Numbered from the stretch's first letter, positions 9,887-20,200 are shown. The stretch: 64,000 nucleotides of DNA from Candidatus Pacearchaeota archaeon (GCA_016866975.1 VGKP01000001.1:34013-98012); one strand, 5' to 3'. Notes: generated from the letters alone by a model not told the origin. Numbers and translations are program-made.

Positions 9887-10494
9887 TTTAGGTTCCGGTC
9901 TTCCCATGCCCTAATATAATCCTCGTCAAGATGTACATTGCTTCTATTTGGCTTTTGTGGGATATACTTCCGATAGTAGGCCCCAAATAAAAATCCAAAG
10001 AATATTCCTCCAAGATGAGCGAGATTTGCCACATTACTTGGGATAAAAAGACCAATCAAGTCCCCTATAATCCATAGAGATCCGGCCAGAAAAAGAGGCA
10101 TGGGAAGACCAAATGCAAAAACCATCATGCTCGGCCTTATCATTATCAGCGCACCTATCACTCCAAAAATCGCCCCTGATGCTCCTAATGCAGAGTCATA
10201 AAATGGCAACGATATAAAATTTGCAGAAATACCTGTCAAAAGAAAGACAGAGACAAACCTTCTTGGCCCTATCCATGCCTCCAACATGCTCCCAAAAAGA
10301 GCAAGGGCAAAAGAATTGTATAATAGATGACTTAATCCTCCATGAAGGAAAATTGCAGTTATAAATCGCCAAGGCTGTACCAATGAAGATTTGTTGAGCA
10401 ATAAAGATTCTGTGAATCCTGGGACAAGTGTTTGCACTATAAACATAACTATGCAAAGAAAAGTTGTCATTATTGCTATTCCTTTGAATGCCAT
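9883..10494 (-). CDS. Rhomboid-family intramembrane serine protease
   Basis: The GASGAIFG (GxSG) motif and a downstream His in AHLGG lie within a multi-TM protein. Confidence 0.65.
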   Translation of the reverse strand: MAFKGIAIMTTFLCIVMFIVQTLVPGFTESLLLNKSSLVQPWRFITAIFLHGGLSHLLYNSFALALFGSMLEAWIGPRRFVSVFLLTGISANFISLPFYDSALGASGAIFGVIGALIMIRPSMMVFAFGLPMPLFLAGSLWIIGDLIGLFIPSNVANLAHLGGIFFGFLFGAYYRKYIPQKPNRSNVHLDEDYIRAWEDRNLN

Positions 10495-10585
10495 TAATAA
10501 GAGAATTATGTTACCCTTATTAACTCTCCTAAAATCCTATGGGTTAGCGGTAGATTAAAAAACTCTCCTTTTTGTATATCTTTAT

Positions 10586-10657
10586 GGCGGATGTAGTTTA
10601 ATGGTAGAACGACGGTCTGTGGCGCCGTAGACGAGGGTTCGATTCCCTCCTTCCGCT
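10586..10657 (+). tRNA. tRNA-His (GTG) with a genomically encoded G-1
   Basis: It folds as a cloverleaf. The acceptor is gcggatg/cttccgc, the anticodon loop is ctGTGgc, the T-arm is gaggg-ttcgatt-ccctc, and an extra 5' G is present. Confidence 0.8.
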
Positions 10658-10708
10658 TATAAAAAGGATTTACATAAAGTTTATAATGTCTTTTAGTTTT
10701 TTGAGAAA

Positions 10709-12100
10709 ATGAAAGGTGTTGTTATTAAAAAGAAGGCATATGACAATCATTCTCCTTGGATACACCAGCTTGAGAAAGTAAGGAAGCCTCGAGATATATT
10801 AAAAAAAGACATAAAGACCGATATGGCCATTGTAGGTGCAGGAATAGCAGGCATTTGTACAGCATATTTTATTTTAAGAGACACAAAAAACAAAGTAGTT
10901 GTAGTAGAGGCCAATAAAGTTGCACATGGTGCTACAGGGCATAATGCTGGCCAAATAGTAAGTTATTTTGAGAAGCCATTTTCAAAAATAGTGGAAGAAT
11001 ATGGGCTTGAATTGGCAGCAAGAGGGCAAGAAGAGATACTTAGCGGCTGGGAATTGCTTGAGCAAGTATATTCCGAGAGTGAGATTAAGACTTATTTCTC
11101 CCAGTTCATAGGATATGCCGGGTGCTCAACCTTAAAACAGCTCAATTCTCATCTTGAGAACAAGTATCTTAGAAACAAGGCAAATATCTCAATTGAAAAA
11201 GTCTTTGTATCTGAGAAGGCTCCGTTTTTAAAAGAAATACCTAAAAAATATGATGGCCTTTACGAGCTTGTTCCACATAAAAAAGTACTTGAAATATTAG
11301 AGACCAAAAGCAGTTTATATCATGCTGCATTGGCTTCTAAAAAAGGCTGTCTTAATAGTGCATTGTTTTGTGAGGAGCTTATTAGTTATCTTCTTTATAA
11401 ATATAAAGATAGGATTTCCCTATATGAGTTTACACCTATTGATAAGGTAGAGCTTTATGGTGATCATGTAAAACTTTCTACTAGAAAGGGTAAAATAATC
11501 AATGGAAAGAAAGTTGTGTTATGCACAAATGGATTTCAGAAATTAAAGATAAATAATAAATCTGGAAAGAACATAGATACCAGTTTCCATGATTTTATAC
11601 TGGGAGTTGTTGGATACATGGCTGCATACATAAGCCCTCAGACTGGAACCAAATCAAATGCCATAAGTTACTTCCCTAAAAGTAACAATGATGCAAGTGA
11701 TGCATATTTCTATCTTACTAAAAGAGAGTTCTCTGACAAGATGGAATCTGGCAATCTTATTTCTGTAGGTGGCCCTGAAGTCACACTTGACAATACTATA
11801 GAGTATATAAGAGACAAGCCTTATTTTGAGAAACATGAGAAAAAAATAGACAAGTTTCTCAAAAAGAATTATATCCATGCTCCAAAAAAGATAAATTACA
11901 AATACCACTGGCATGGCCTTATGGGGTACACCAAAAGTGAACTTAGAGCGATAGGTCCTCACCCTTATAACAAAAACCTATTATATAATCTTGGATGCAA
12001 TGGAGTAGGCATCCTGCCTTCGATATATGGGGGATACAAGATAGCACGTTTTATAACTGGGATAAAGATGCCAAAGTCAATATTTGATGTTGGAGTATAA
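10709..12100 (+). CDS. FAD-dependent oxidoreductase (DAO-like)
   Basis: An N-terminal GxGxxG motif (IVGAGIAGICTAYF) is present. Confidence 0.55.
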   Translation: MKGVVIKKKAYDNHSPWIHQLEKVRKPRDILKKDIKTDMAIVGAGIAGICTAYFILRDTKNKVVVVEANKVAHGATGHNAGQIVSYFEKPFSKIVEEYGLELAARGQEEILSGWELLEQVYSESEIKTYFSQFIGYAGCSTLKQLNSHLENKYLRNKANISIEKVFVSEKAPFLKEIPKKYDGLYELVPHKKVLEILETKSSLYHAALASKKGCLNSALFCEELISYLLYKYKDRISLYEFTPIDKVELYGDHVKLSTRKGKIINGKKVVLCTNGFQKLKINNKSGKNIDTSFHDFILGVVGYMAAYISPQTGTKSNAISYFPKSNNDASDAYFYLTKREFSDKMESGNLISVGGPEVTLDNTIEYIRDKPYFEKHEKKIDKFLKKNYIHAPKKINYKYHWHGLMGYTKSELRAIGPHPYNKNLLYNLGCNGVGILPSIYGGYKIARFITGIKMPKSIFDVGV

Positions 12101-12342
12101 TCAACTCTTATCATCTACTTGGTAGTTTTGACCATCACTATCTAGAATTTCTTCAGGTGGAGAATGGCTTGGAGGTTCGGGATGCATATATGGTTCGCAG
12201 ATTGTCCAGGCAGCACTCATATCTTCTCTGGCTTGATAGAGGGCGGCTGCGCATTTCTCGAGTTGTCCTGCGAGCTGTGGTCTTCCTCTTTTTTTGTCTG
12301 CCGTGGCTTGCCGTTGGATGTCTTCTGCGAGATCAAAAAAAC

Positions 12343-12453
12343 GATGCGCCACTGCGGCTTTTAAGCCGCAGTTTGATGCAGGCGCTCGTTTTTTGGATGC
12401 TCAAGGAACAACTCCAGCTTTTAAGCTGGAGTTTTAGTCAAGTTCCTTGACAT
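12343..12453 (-). repeat. Double-hairpin repeat element, copy C (reverse orientation)
   Basis: It is the reverse complement of copy B, including flipped hairpin loops (ttttaa). Confidence 0.8.
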
Positions 12454-12646
12454 AATAAATAACTTTTTCAGTTTGATCATAACGCATATTACCAATGGCT
12501 TGCGCTAATTCTTGAAGAGTACCAGAATAACCTTGTACATGATCGGGATGTTTGTTGCAGTTGTCCATTTTATTCTAAGTCTGATTTGCTCTTTTTGTGG
12601 GCATCCTCGCTTACGCTGCGGTGCTCTTCACTACGGGCAAACAGAC

Positions 12647-12783
12647 TGGCCTCGAGGGGATTTGAACCCCCGACACCTGGATTTCCTCCTAAGAGAAACA
12701 ATGTTCCCTTATGGGTAAACTCTCCTTTCAGAGAGTTTCTTAGGTAAAAGTCCAGTACTCTAACCGGGCTGAGCTACGAGGCC
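12647..12783 (-). tRNA. tRNA-Lys (TTT) with an intron of about 62 nt at the canonical 37/38 position
   Basis: Acceptor ggcctcg/cgaggcc, D-arm gctc..gagt, anticodon stem ctgga/tccag, loop cTTTTa interrupted by the intron, T-arm ggggg-ttcaaat-cccct. Confidence 0.65.
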
Positions 12784-12889
12784 TTATAAAAAGAAGTAGA
12801 GGGGCGTTTTTAAATCTTTATTTTGAATCAATGAGAAAGCGTCTTTGCAGAACTTTTAGAAATGCGTGCTTTTTTAAATCTAATAAATT

Positions 12890-13207
12890 TTAGAATGTCT
12901 CTTTGACGAGCTTGAGAATTTCGGCTTTGGAGATTGCGCCGGTGTGCGCATAGACCATCTTGCCGTCTTTGAAAAACATTGTTGTGGGTATGCTCATGAT
13001 ATTGAAACGATCGGAGAGCTCGAAATGGTCCTCAACATTGACTTTTCCGAAATGCACTTTTCCCTTTAATTCCCGCGCTGCTGCTTCAAATTCAGGAGCC
13101 ATCATCTTGCACGGTCCGCACCAACTTGCCCAAAAATCAATAATCCAATGCCCTTTTTTGGTTTTCGAATCAAATGTACCTGTAGTCAGCTCTATTGTAT
13201 CTGTCAT
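12890..13207 (-). CDS. trxA: Thioredoxin
   Basis: The WCGPC active site lies in a 105 aa protein. Confidence 0.85.
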   Translation of the reverse strand: MTDTIELTTGTFDSKTKKGHWIIDFWASWCGPCKMMAPEFEAAARELKGKVHFGKVNVEDHFELSDRFNIMSIPTTMFFKDGKMVYAHTGAISKAEILKLVKETF

Positions 13208-13355
13208 GATAACCTCTTTGATTGAGATGTTCGGGAATGCGAGTTAATAAATGTTATGTCTTTATTGTATTTGTCTAAGATAATTAATCCTTGACAGCTG
13301 TCAAGGAATTTATGGTTTATTAGAATATTTTAAATACTCATCATTTTCGATATAT

Positions 13356-14264
13356 TTGATGAATTTAAAAGATTTATACATTGGGATGATAGGAGTTTTT
13401 CTAGCTAGCGCAGCATGTGATTCAAAGATAAAAAGATCAGAGCATTCTTCAATAGAATCTCGTGTAAAAATAAATAACCTTGAGACAAACAGAATTTCAT
13501 TGACAAATGATTTTTTTGCAGATGGTACTCTTAATGTAGGAGTTGTTAGTGATATTGAAGGTGCCATTGACAGAGCTGAATTAAGCGCAAAGGCATTGAA
13601 GGACAATAAAGTCGATATAATCCTTATTGCTGGAGACCTATATGAGAATGAAAATATACGGAAGAATCCTTTGTATCCAACTTCAACTAATAATGTTGAT
13701 GAAATGTTATCTGGTATCAGACCATATGCAAAAATTGGCGTACCTGTATTTGTGATTGCTGGCAATCATGAAGAATCTCCTGTTTATACTAATGCCCTTG
13801 CACTATTGAAGAAGGAATTTCCTCATGTGCATGATATCTCCCGACGTTCTGCTGACCTAAATGGCATTAATATTGTTGGCCTTGGAGGCTATCACGACCC
13901 TAAATTTATTGCTAAGCAGGGTTTTATGATTAAAAGACAAGATTATATGCGTTCTGAAAACGAAATAGTAGAACTAATGCAAAAAAAAGATCCTTTGGTT
14001 TTTATGACTCATGGTCCACCCCTTGCAACTAATAATATAGATTATGTGAAAGGCGTAGGCCATGTTGGAGATCCTGAAATTGCGCGCATTCTCTCTAATA
14101 AATATAGTCGACAAATCACTCATGTGCATGGACATATCCATGAAGGAGGGGGAACTAATTCTTATTATCCTGCTGGCTTTTCTATCAATGTCTCATCTAT
14201 CACTCCTTATAATTCCTCACAAAGAGAGCTTGACCATACTATTTTGATTTATCCTAAGAAGTAA
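13356..14264 (+). CDS. Metallophosphoesterase, probable lipoprotein
   Basis: It has a signal peptide with a Cys (LASAAC) and the motifs IAGDLYENE, IAGNHE and GHIHEGGG. Confidence 0.6.
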   Translation: MMNLKDLYIGMIGVFLASAACDSKIKRSEHSSIESRVKINNLETNRISLTNDFFADGTLNVGVVSDIEGAIDRAELSAKALKDNKVDIILIAGDLYENENIRKNPLYPTSTNNVDEMLSGIRPYAKIGVPVFVIAGNHEESPVYTNALALLKKEFPHVHDISRRSADLNGINIVGLGGYHDPKFIAKQGFMIKRQDYMRSENEIVELMQKKDPLVFMTHGPPLATNNIDYVKGVGHVGDPEIARILSNKYSRQITHVHGHIHEGGGTNSYYPAGFSINVSSITPYNSSQRELDHTILIYPKK

Positions 14265-17200
14265 TTATTCTCCACAGCCACTTCTTGTTGTCTGCTTGCA
14301 AGAAGGGCAGTAGATGGCGCAATTACCCATACGCTTTGCAGAACTGCCACATTGAGGGCAGACAAGGCCCTCATTGCCGAAATCCTTAAGTGATTTCTGC
14401 TCTTCGTTAGTATTAATGGCTGTCGGTGTTTCTGAATGCTGCTGATGAGCCTCTATGGGGGCTATCTCTATCTCCACATCCATCTTAGGGGTCTTGCCAA
14501 AAGTCTGTATCATGAACTGGGCAACATAGTCGATTATAGATGATGCTGTGCGTATCATTGGTCTGTTCTTATCTAATTCTCCAGGAGGAGTATTCCTTAC
14601 GAAACCAGATGGCTCAAACTTCTGATGCCTGAATTTATTGAATAATATCTCTACAGGTATCCCATATTGAAGATTTAAGGATATCGATGCCGCCCATGCA
14701 TCCATAAGTCCTCTGATTGTGGATCCCTCCTTGCTCATAGTGATGAATATCTCTCCTGGTTTGCCATCATCATACAAACCTATCGTGAGATATCCTTTAT
14801 GTCCTGCAATCTCGAATCTATGCGTTATGGATTTCCTTGTCTGAGGCATATCCTGCTGTTGCATCCTAACTACCTGGACTGTCTGTTGCTGCTTCTTCAC
14901 CATCTCTCCTTCTGTCTTCTGGGTGTTTAGTGGCTGACTGCGCTTGCTATTCTCTCTATAGATTGCGACTGCTTTCAATCCTTGCTCCCATGCGAATACA
15001 TAGGCATCCATGATATCATCGACAGTGGCTTGCTCTGGAAGATTGACTGTCTTACTTATAGCTCCGGAGATGAATGGTTGTGTTACTGCCATCATCTTTA
15101 TATGCCCTTTATAATGTATAGCTCTCTTTCCTTTTGCTGGCTTGAAAGCACAGTCAAAGATAGGTAGATGTTCTTGCCTTATCCAAGGTGCTCCCTCTAT
15201 GGTGTCGTTCTTATCTATATATTGAATTATTTCCTGGACTTGTTCGTGGCCATATCCTAGAGAGGTTAATGCTATTGGTACTGAACGATTAACTAACTTC
15301 AACATCCCTCCTCCTGAAAGGACTTTGTATTTAACAAGAGCGATATCTGGCTCTATACCTGTAGTATCACAGTCCATCATGAAAGCTATTGTGCCAGTTG
15401 GGGCTAATACAGTAGTCTGTGCGTTCCTATATCCAAATTTCTCTCCTAGTTCTATAGCCTCTGTCCAAGAATCCCAGGCCTCATTTACAAGAAACTTAAG
15501 GTGAGATGGCATTTTTGTGACTTGTATCTCCTTGACATGTTCCCTGTGCATATTCATCACTTGGAGCATTGGCTCTTTATTCTTTTCATATCCAGGGAAT
15601 GGACCCATTAAGGCTGCAAGTTCTGCTGATGTCTTGTAAGCCTCACCGCACATGATTGCAGTTATGGCTGCTGCAACTGCTCTGCCTTCATCTGAATCAT
15701 AAGGAAGCCCGAAACTCATAAGCAATGCACCTAGATTTGCATATCCTAAACCTAATGTCCTGAAAATATGAGACCTTTCGGCTATATCTTGGGTAGGATA
15801 GCTTGCTCCATCTACAATTATATCCATTGAAGTTATAAAATTCCTTACTACTGCCTTGAATTTCTGGACATCAAAATTTCCATCTGGGGTAAGGAATTTC
15901 ATCAGATTGATTGATGCTAAATTGCAGGCAGTATCGTCCAAGAAGAGGTATTCACTGCAATTATGCGCCGTAATGCCATTGGGCATAAAGGTATGGGTTA
16001 AAGGTTCTGTAAGATCATACACATCTTCTTCACCTTTGTAGACAAGAGAGGCTACAGCATCAATAGGCAGATCGCGATAGGTTGTTACCGATTCATTCAA
16101 TGCTTTTAGTTTTGCAGCTTTAGGAGACTCCGCTATAAATCCTATATATTTTTCAAAAAGATTCCTGCTCGAACGAGAAATGCGAAGTGAATGTATTTCA
16201 AGAACTTCGTATTCTTTCATCCCTCCTTTTCCATCAGGCAAGTGAGAATGTAAATTTCCTGCTCTTCGGTTTTTATAGAGCTTGCTTTTAATTCCAAATC
16301 CTAAGAGAAGTGTTTGAACTCCCTTGAGTAATTGCAAACTTGTAGAATCTAAAGAGATATATTGAGATTTTTCACCATAATTCGCAACTGTTCCATCCGT
16401 AGTAAAGAGTCCTTGAATAACATACTTCTGTGCTGAAAGTGGAAGGGCAAAGATTGCATCTGAGATGGTCTTTTGATGAGAATAGAGTGATAAGTCAAGC
16501 ATCCCGTTAATTTTCTGTACTAGAGCAGTATTCGCAATATTATACTTTGCAGAAGTCTGCGTTATTTGGACTTGTGCAGGTGAAGACTTATGAGTTGTTC
16601 GTTCATAATGTTTTGCGATATGCTCTGAAAAAGCCTGAAGAATAGGGATTTCATCCTTTTTGCTCATCGTAATCTGAATTGCATTATCTTCTGTTCCTTT
16701 TCTTGATCCATCTCCGAGATAAATGCCTATAAGTTGATAGAAACGTTTTTCCTCTTCTGGCAATTCCTGGAGTTCTGCTACTGGGTGGGCAGGAAGAAGA
16801 AGGTGATCGTCTTTTGTTAATTCGCAGGCCTTTACAAATCCTCTATTTATAGTAAACATTTGATGGTCTGCGGTTAAATTTAATTCGTAACCTGATTGCG
16901 TGGTTAGAGTATAAACTGGTTTTTTTCCAGTCTTAAAAGACCCATCAATATTCGCTTCCTGAATAATCCCTGTATTCGTAAGAATTGTTGTGGGTTTTCC
17001 TATAAGTTGGTCTATTCTGAACCACTTCCCATCTTTTGTCAATACTTTAGTATCCCCTGTGAAACATGGATTTGTTGCGTTGATCCTGCCAGAATTCTTA
17101 CAAGTATGGTATTTTTGGATAACTGAATCGCACTGGATTCCAGGATCTCCGCATATCCAAGTACCTTCTGCAATTGCGCGCATTATATCTTTTGCCTTAA

Positions 17201-18230
17201 ATGTCTCTATTGGCCTCCCATCCATCACCGCCTTTGTCTGCCATTCACCGTCTTCCCTCACAGCATTCATGAATTCATCGGTAACTCTGACTGACATATT
17301 GCAATTCTGGAAGAAAATACTACTATATGCCTCTCCATTCATCCCTCCACTATACCCTTGCTCTATCAAAGCCCAAGCTTTCTTTTCTTCACTCTGTTTA
17401 GAATTGATAAATTCCATTATATCTGGATGTGAGACATTAAGAATCTCCATCTTGGCCGCCCTTCTAGTCTTTCCTCCAGATTTGATTATGTTGGCATATG
17501 CGTCATAGCCTCTCATGAACGATACTGGTCCTGAAGCCCTGCCTCCTCCAGTTATCTTCTCTTTTGAGCTTCTTAGTGGAGAACGATTGGTTCCTGTCCC
17601 AGATCCTGCCTTGAACAGAATAGCTTCAGCAGTCTGCACCTTCAAAATCGACTCCATATTATCTTCTATACTTAAAATAAAGCAAGCAGAACATTGAGGC
17701 CGATCATCTGATTTTATAGCCTTGACAACTTTCTGAGAGTCATTGTCCCATTTCCATGCAGATACACCGCCTGCTTCCTTGTTGTATTCACAGATGCCTG
17801 CATTAAACCAGACTGGGGAATTGAAGACGCAAAGCTGATTAAGAGTTATCGATGCTATCTCGTCCCTCAATAGATTTGCTTGTGCTTCATTAAAGTATTT
17901 CTGCTCAAATGCCTGTCTGCCTATGTATCTTGAGACTCTCCCTATAATCTTCTCCACAGAATTTTCTCTTTCTCCCTTGGCCTGGTCTCCCCAGAAATAT
18001 TTGCTGGCTACTACTTTTATGGCTAAGGGGCTCCAAAAGTCTGGTCTTCTTACAGAAGGCTGAGTGAATATAGGTTTGCCCATGTCATCCGTTACCTTGA
18101 CATCTTCTGCTACCCATTTTATTGGATTCCCATAAAGGTCGAATTCAAATGGACTCTTGCCTTCAAAACTGAAGGTTCTCGAAATTTGCATTTTCCCTAG
18201 ACTTAGTTGTTCTATTTTTTCAGGCGTCAC
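14265..18230 (-). CDS. nrdJ: Class II (adenosylcobalamin-dependent) ribonucleotide reductase containing an intein
   Basis: The extein rejoins as NP|CSEY, matching the conserved NPCGE thiyl-radical motif. The N-terminal part has an ATP-cone-like region and the C-terminus has a Cys-rich zinc ribbon. The product is 1321 aa including the intein. Confidence 0.85.
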   Translation of the reverse strand: MTPEKIEQLSLGKMQISRTFSFEGKSPFEFDLYGNPIKWVAEDVKVTDDMGKPIFTQPSVRRPDFWSPLAIKVVASKYFWGDQAKGERENSVEKIIGRVSRYIGRQAFEQKYFNEAQANLLRDEIASITLNQLCVFNSPVWFNAGICEYNKEAGGVSAWKWDNDSQKVVKAIKSDDRPQCSACFILSIEDNMESILKVQTAEAILFKAGSGTGTNRSPLRSSKEKITGGGRASGPVSFMRGYDAYANIIKSGGKTRRAAKMEILNVSHPDIMEFINSKQSEEKKAWALIEQGYSGGMNGEAYSSIFFQNCNMSVRVTDEFMNAVREDGEWQTKAVMDGRPIETFKAKDIMRAIAEGTWICGDPGIQCDSVIQKYHTCKNSGRINATNPCFTGDTKVLTKDGKWFRIDQLIGKPTTILTNTGIIQEANIDGSFKTGKKPVYTLTTQSGYELNLTADHQMFTINRGFVKACELTKDDHLLLPAHPVAELQELPEEEKRFYQLIGIYLGDGSRKGTEDNAIQITMSKKDEIPILQAFSEHIAKHYERTTHKSSPAQVQITQTSAKYNIANTALVQKINGMLDLSLYSHQKTISDAIFALPLSAQKYVIQGLFTTDGTVANYGEKSQYISLDSTSLQLLKGVQTLLLGFGIKSKLYKNRRAGNLHSHLPDGKGGMKEYEVLEIHSLRISRSSRNLFEKYIGFIAESPKAAKLKALNESVTTYRDLPIDAVASLVYKGEEDVYDLTEPLTHTFMPNGITAHNCSEYLFLDDTACNLASINLMKFLTPDGNFDVQKFKAVVRNFITSMDIIVDGASYPTQDIAERSHIFRTLGLGYANLGALLMSFGLPYDSDEGRAVAAAITAIMCGEAYKTSAELAALMGPFPGYEKNKEPMLQVMNMHREHVKEIQVTKMPSHLKFLVNEAWDSWTEAIELGEKFGYRNAQTTVLAPTGTIAFMMDCDTTGIEPDIALVKYKVLSGGGMLKLVNRSVPIALTSLGYGHEQVQEIIQYIDKNDTIEGAPWIRQEHLPIFDCAFKPAKGKRAIHYKGHIKMMAVTQPFISGAISKTVNLPEQATVDDIMDAYVFAWEQGLKAVAIYRENSKRSQPLNTQKTEGEMVKKQQQTVQVVRMQQQDMPQTRKSITHRFEIAGHKGYLTIGLYDDGKPGEIFITMSKEGSTIRGLMDAWAASISLNLQYGIPVEILFNKFRHQKFEPSGFVRNTPPGELDKNRPMIRTASSIIDYVAQFMIQTFGKTPKMDVEIEIAPIEAHQQHSETPTAINTNEEQKSLKDFGNEGLVCPQCGSSAKRMGNCAIYCPSCKQTTRSGCGE
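15960..17066 (-). other. Intein (369 aa) with a LAGLIDADG homing-endonuclease domain, inserted immediately before the catalytic Cys of the RNR
   Basis: It starts CFTGDTKVL and ends TAHN, followed by C. The LAGLIDADG blocks are IGIYLGDGS and IQGLFTTDGT. Confidence 0.8.
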
Positions 18231-18487
18231 GCTGCAACACCTCTCTGAAGCTCTGTAATACGGTCTGCAAGAACAATCTTTCCCCTGCCAGGTCGACCTT
18301 CATAGGCAAGAAATTGAAACGCCTCACTTTCCTTATGAAAATAATAATTATCGCCATCTTCATCGATAAAGTGAACAAGACCTTTTAATGACCAGCGCTG
18401 AGAATCTCCTCTCAATACGAGACCTTGGCTTTGCAAATGTTCTAGTGTGTACTCTGCTCTGTTTTCAAGAAATGATGTTGCACCCAT
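18227..18487 (-). CDS. Hypothetical protein lying between nrdR and nrdJ
   Basis: The 86 aa ORF overlaps both neighbours by 1-4 bp. Confidence 0.3.
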   Translation of the reverse strand: MGATSFLENRAEYTLEHLQSQGLVLRGDSQRWSLKGLVHFIDEDGDNYYFHKESEAFQFLAYEGRPGRGKIVLADRITELQRGVAA

Positions 18488-18924
18488 TATACAAGCTCCT
18501 TTATCTCTTTCTTGAAATCTTCAAGATCCCTAAAATCCCTATAGACTGAGGCAAATCTTATGTAAGCTATCTTATCAGATTTCTTTAACTCTCTAGAAAC
18601 TGTCTCCCCTATTAGGGACGATTTTACCTCTTTCCCGTGTTTTCTCAATTTCTCTTCTATCGATGTAAGCATTTTTTCTATTTTTTCTGATCCAATGGGC
18701 CTCTTCTCACAGGCCTTCACCAGTCCTCTTTTTATTTTTTCTCGATCAAAGTCCTCCATCCGACCATCTTTCTTAATGACTCTTAAGTGGATGTCTTCAA
18801 CCTTCTCAAGAGTGTTATAGCGTCTCTCACACTTAAGACACTCTCTCCTTCTTCGGGTAAAATTATCTATATCTCTCTTGTCCACTACCTTAGTATCTTC
18901 ATTATTGCAGTAGGGACATTTCAT
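18487..18924 (-). CDS. nrdR: Transcriptional repressor NrdR
   Basis: An N-terminal zinc ribbon (CPYC..CLKC) is followed by an ATP-cone. It lies immediately upstream of the RNR. Confidence 0.8.
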   Translation of the reverse strand: MKCPYCNNEDTKVVDKRDIDNFTRRRRECLKCERRYNTLEKVEDIHLRVIKKDGRMEDFDREKIKRGLVKACEKRPIGSEKIEKMLTSIEEKLRKHGKEVKSSLIGETVSRELKKSDKIAYIRFASVYRDFRDLEDFKKEIKELV

Positions 18925-19180
18925 TCCTTCTTGTTTACCCCAAGATGTTGTGTCTCAGAGCAATTCCGGACACAATACCTTGTAATTTTATTTTTTAACT
19001 GCATTTACTATTTAAATGTTTCTTCAAAAATAAATCTTTCGTCGCTGTTTTAGAAGAAATATTATTTTGTCACTTTGTCATGATTATTTTTGGATTTTCC
19101 CTCGAGACTCCGTCGGAAAATATTTCCCATACCCTGATTGCGATAGGAATATTTAAATTGAGGCAGATATTGATTGTTTC

Positions 19181-19420
19181 ATGAATACAAAGTTCAAAAG
19201 ACATCAATCCGTAGTGCTTATTAGAGATCCAGACCCTGAGTACGTAGAGTATCATAATGAGGATGACGCTGAATTTAAGGAGATACCTATTAAGAAAGGC
19301 ATGAAAGGAAAAGTCAATGTATTGCTCCCTAATGGCAAGTATCATGTAGAAGTATTTGATTCCAAAGGCAATATCCTTGCTTATGTGCCTATGAACGAAG
19401 AAGATCTAGAGGCAGAATAA
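19181..19420 (+). CDS. Hypothetical small protein
   Basis: The 79 aa ORF shows no recognisable motifs. Confidence 0.3.
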   Translation: MNTKFKRHQSVVLIRDPDPEYVEYHNEDDAEFKEIPIKKGMKGKVNVLLPNGKYHVEVFDSKGNILAYVPMNEEDLEAE

Positions 19421-19725
19421 TGGTCCGTTTTGCGACTGGCACTGTGCATAAGGTGCCATCTGACTTGAAAAAGGCCTTATGCGCTGATTCAAGAGCTTTA
19501 GCAGAATGGAATGATATTACATCGCTTGCCCGCAATGAATGGATATGCTGGGTCACTTTTGTGAGGAAAGAAGAGACAAGAAAAGAGCACCTTAATAGAC
19601 TATTAATAGAAATTAAAGAAGGAAAGCGGCGGCCGTGCTGTTGGATAGGCTGCATCCATCGAAAAGACAAAACTATAAGTCCTTCAGTGAGAGGAATACT
19701 AGAAAGAAGAAAAAATAAGTCGTGA
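19420..19725 (+). CDS. YdeI/OmpD-associated (OmdA) family protein
   Basis: The pattern LPxDLxxAL, a W-rich EW motif and a basic RRPCCW tail are typical of this family. Confidence 0.45.
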   Translation: MVRFATGTVHKVPSDLKKALCADSRALAEWNDITSLARNEWICWVTFVRKEETRKEHLNRLLIEIKEGKRRPCCWIGCIHRKDKTISPSVRGILERRKNKS

Positions 19726-19767
19726 TGAGATGGAAATCTTTAATAATAGATATTTAGTTGTTTTTTT

Positions 19768-20151
19768 ATGAATGATCCTATATCTGAGCTAAGATTAACT
19801 GTTGGAAAGTATTTGCAAGGCAGTGGTCCTGAAGGAGAGCATCTTGACCAATGTTACTTGGTCCGGGCTAGATCTGAGATATTGAAAGGTTGGTATGGGG
19901 AAAAATTTACTAGATTCAAAGAGTCTTATTTTACGATATCTACTTATGTTTGTGGCAGAAATGGCCTTGAAAATCCTGAATTTATACCACTCAGAGATTC
20001 TTTCTTCCATGTGCAGGGAATCATTAATAACTGTCGCCCCGCTCATTTTGATAAAGAACGTGCGTATTCTCATCTTTCAGGATTGTTTACTGCTTTGGAA
20101 TTAATGGAGCTAATTTCGTCTGACGGAATGGAAATCCGAAGAGAAATTTAG
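19768..20151 (+). CDS. Hypothetical protein
   Basis: The 127 aa ORF shows no recognisable motifs. Confidence 0.3.
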   Translation: MNDPISELRLTVGKYLQGSGPEGEHLDQCYLVRARSEILKGWYGEKFTRFKESYFTISTYVCGRNGLENPEFIPLRDSFFHVQGIINNCRPAHFDKERAYSHLSGLFTALELMELISSDGMEIRREI

Positions 20152-20200
20152 CAAGATAGTTTTATATATGCCTTGGTATTTAATTGCCTTGAGGTGATAA

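Noticed and set aside
12101-12352. 83-aa minus-strand ORF as a real gene
   Set aside because: It starts with GTG inside the hairpin repeat and lies in a GC-rich segment that supports ORFs in several frames on both strands. Its low-complexity translation makes it a likely non-coding region or ncRNA.
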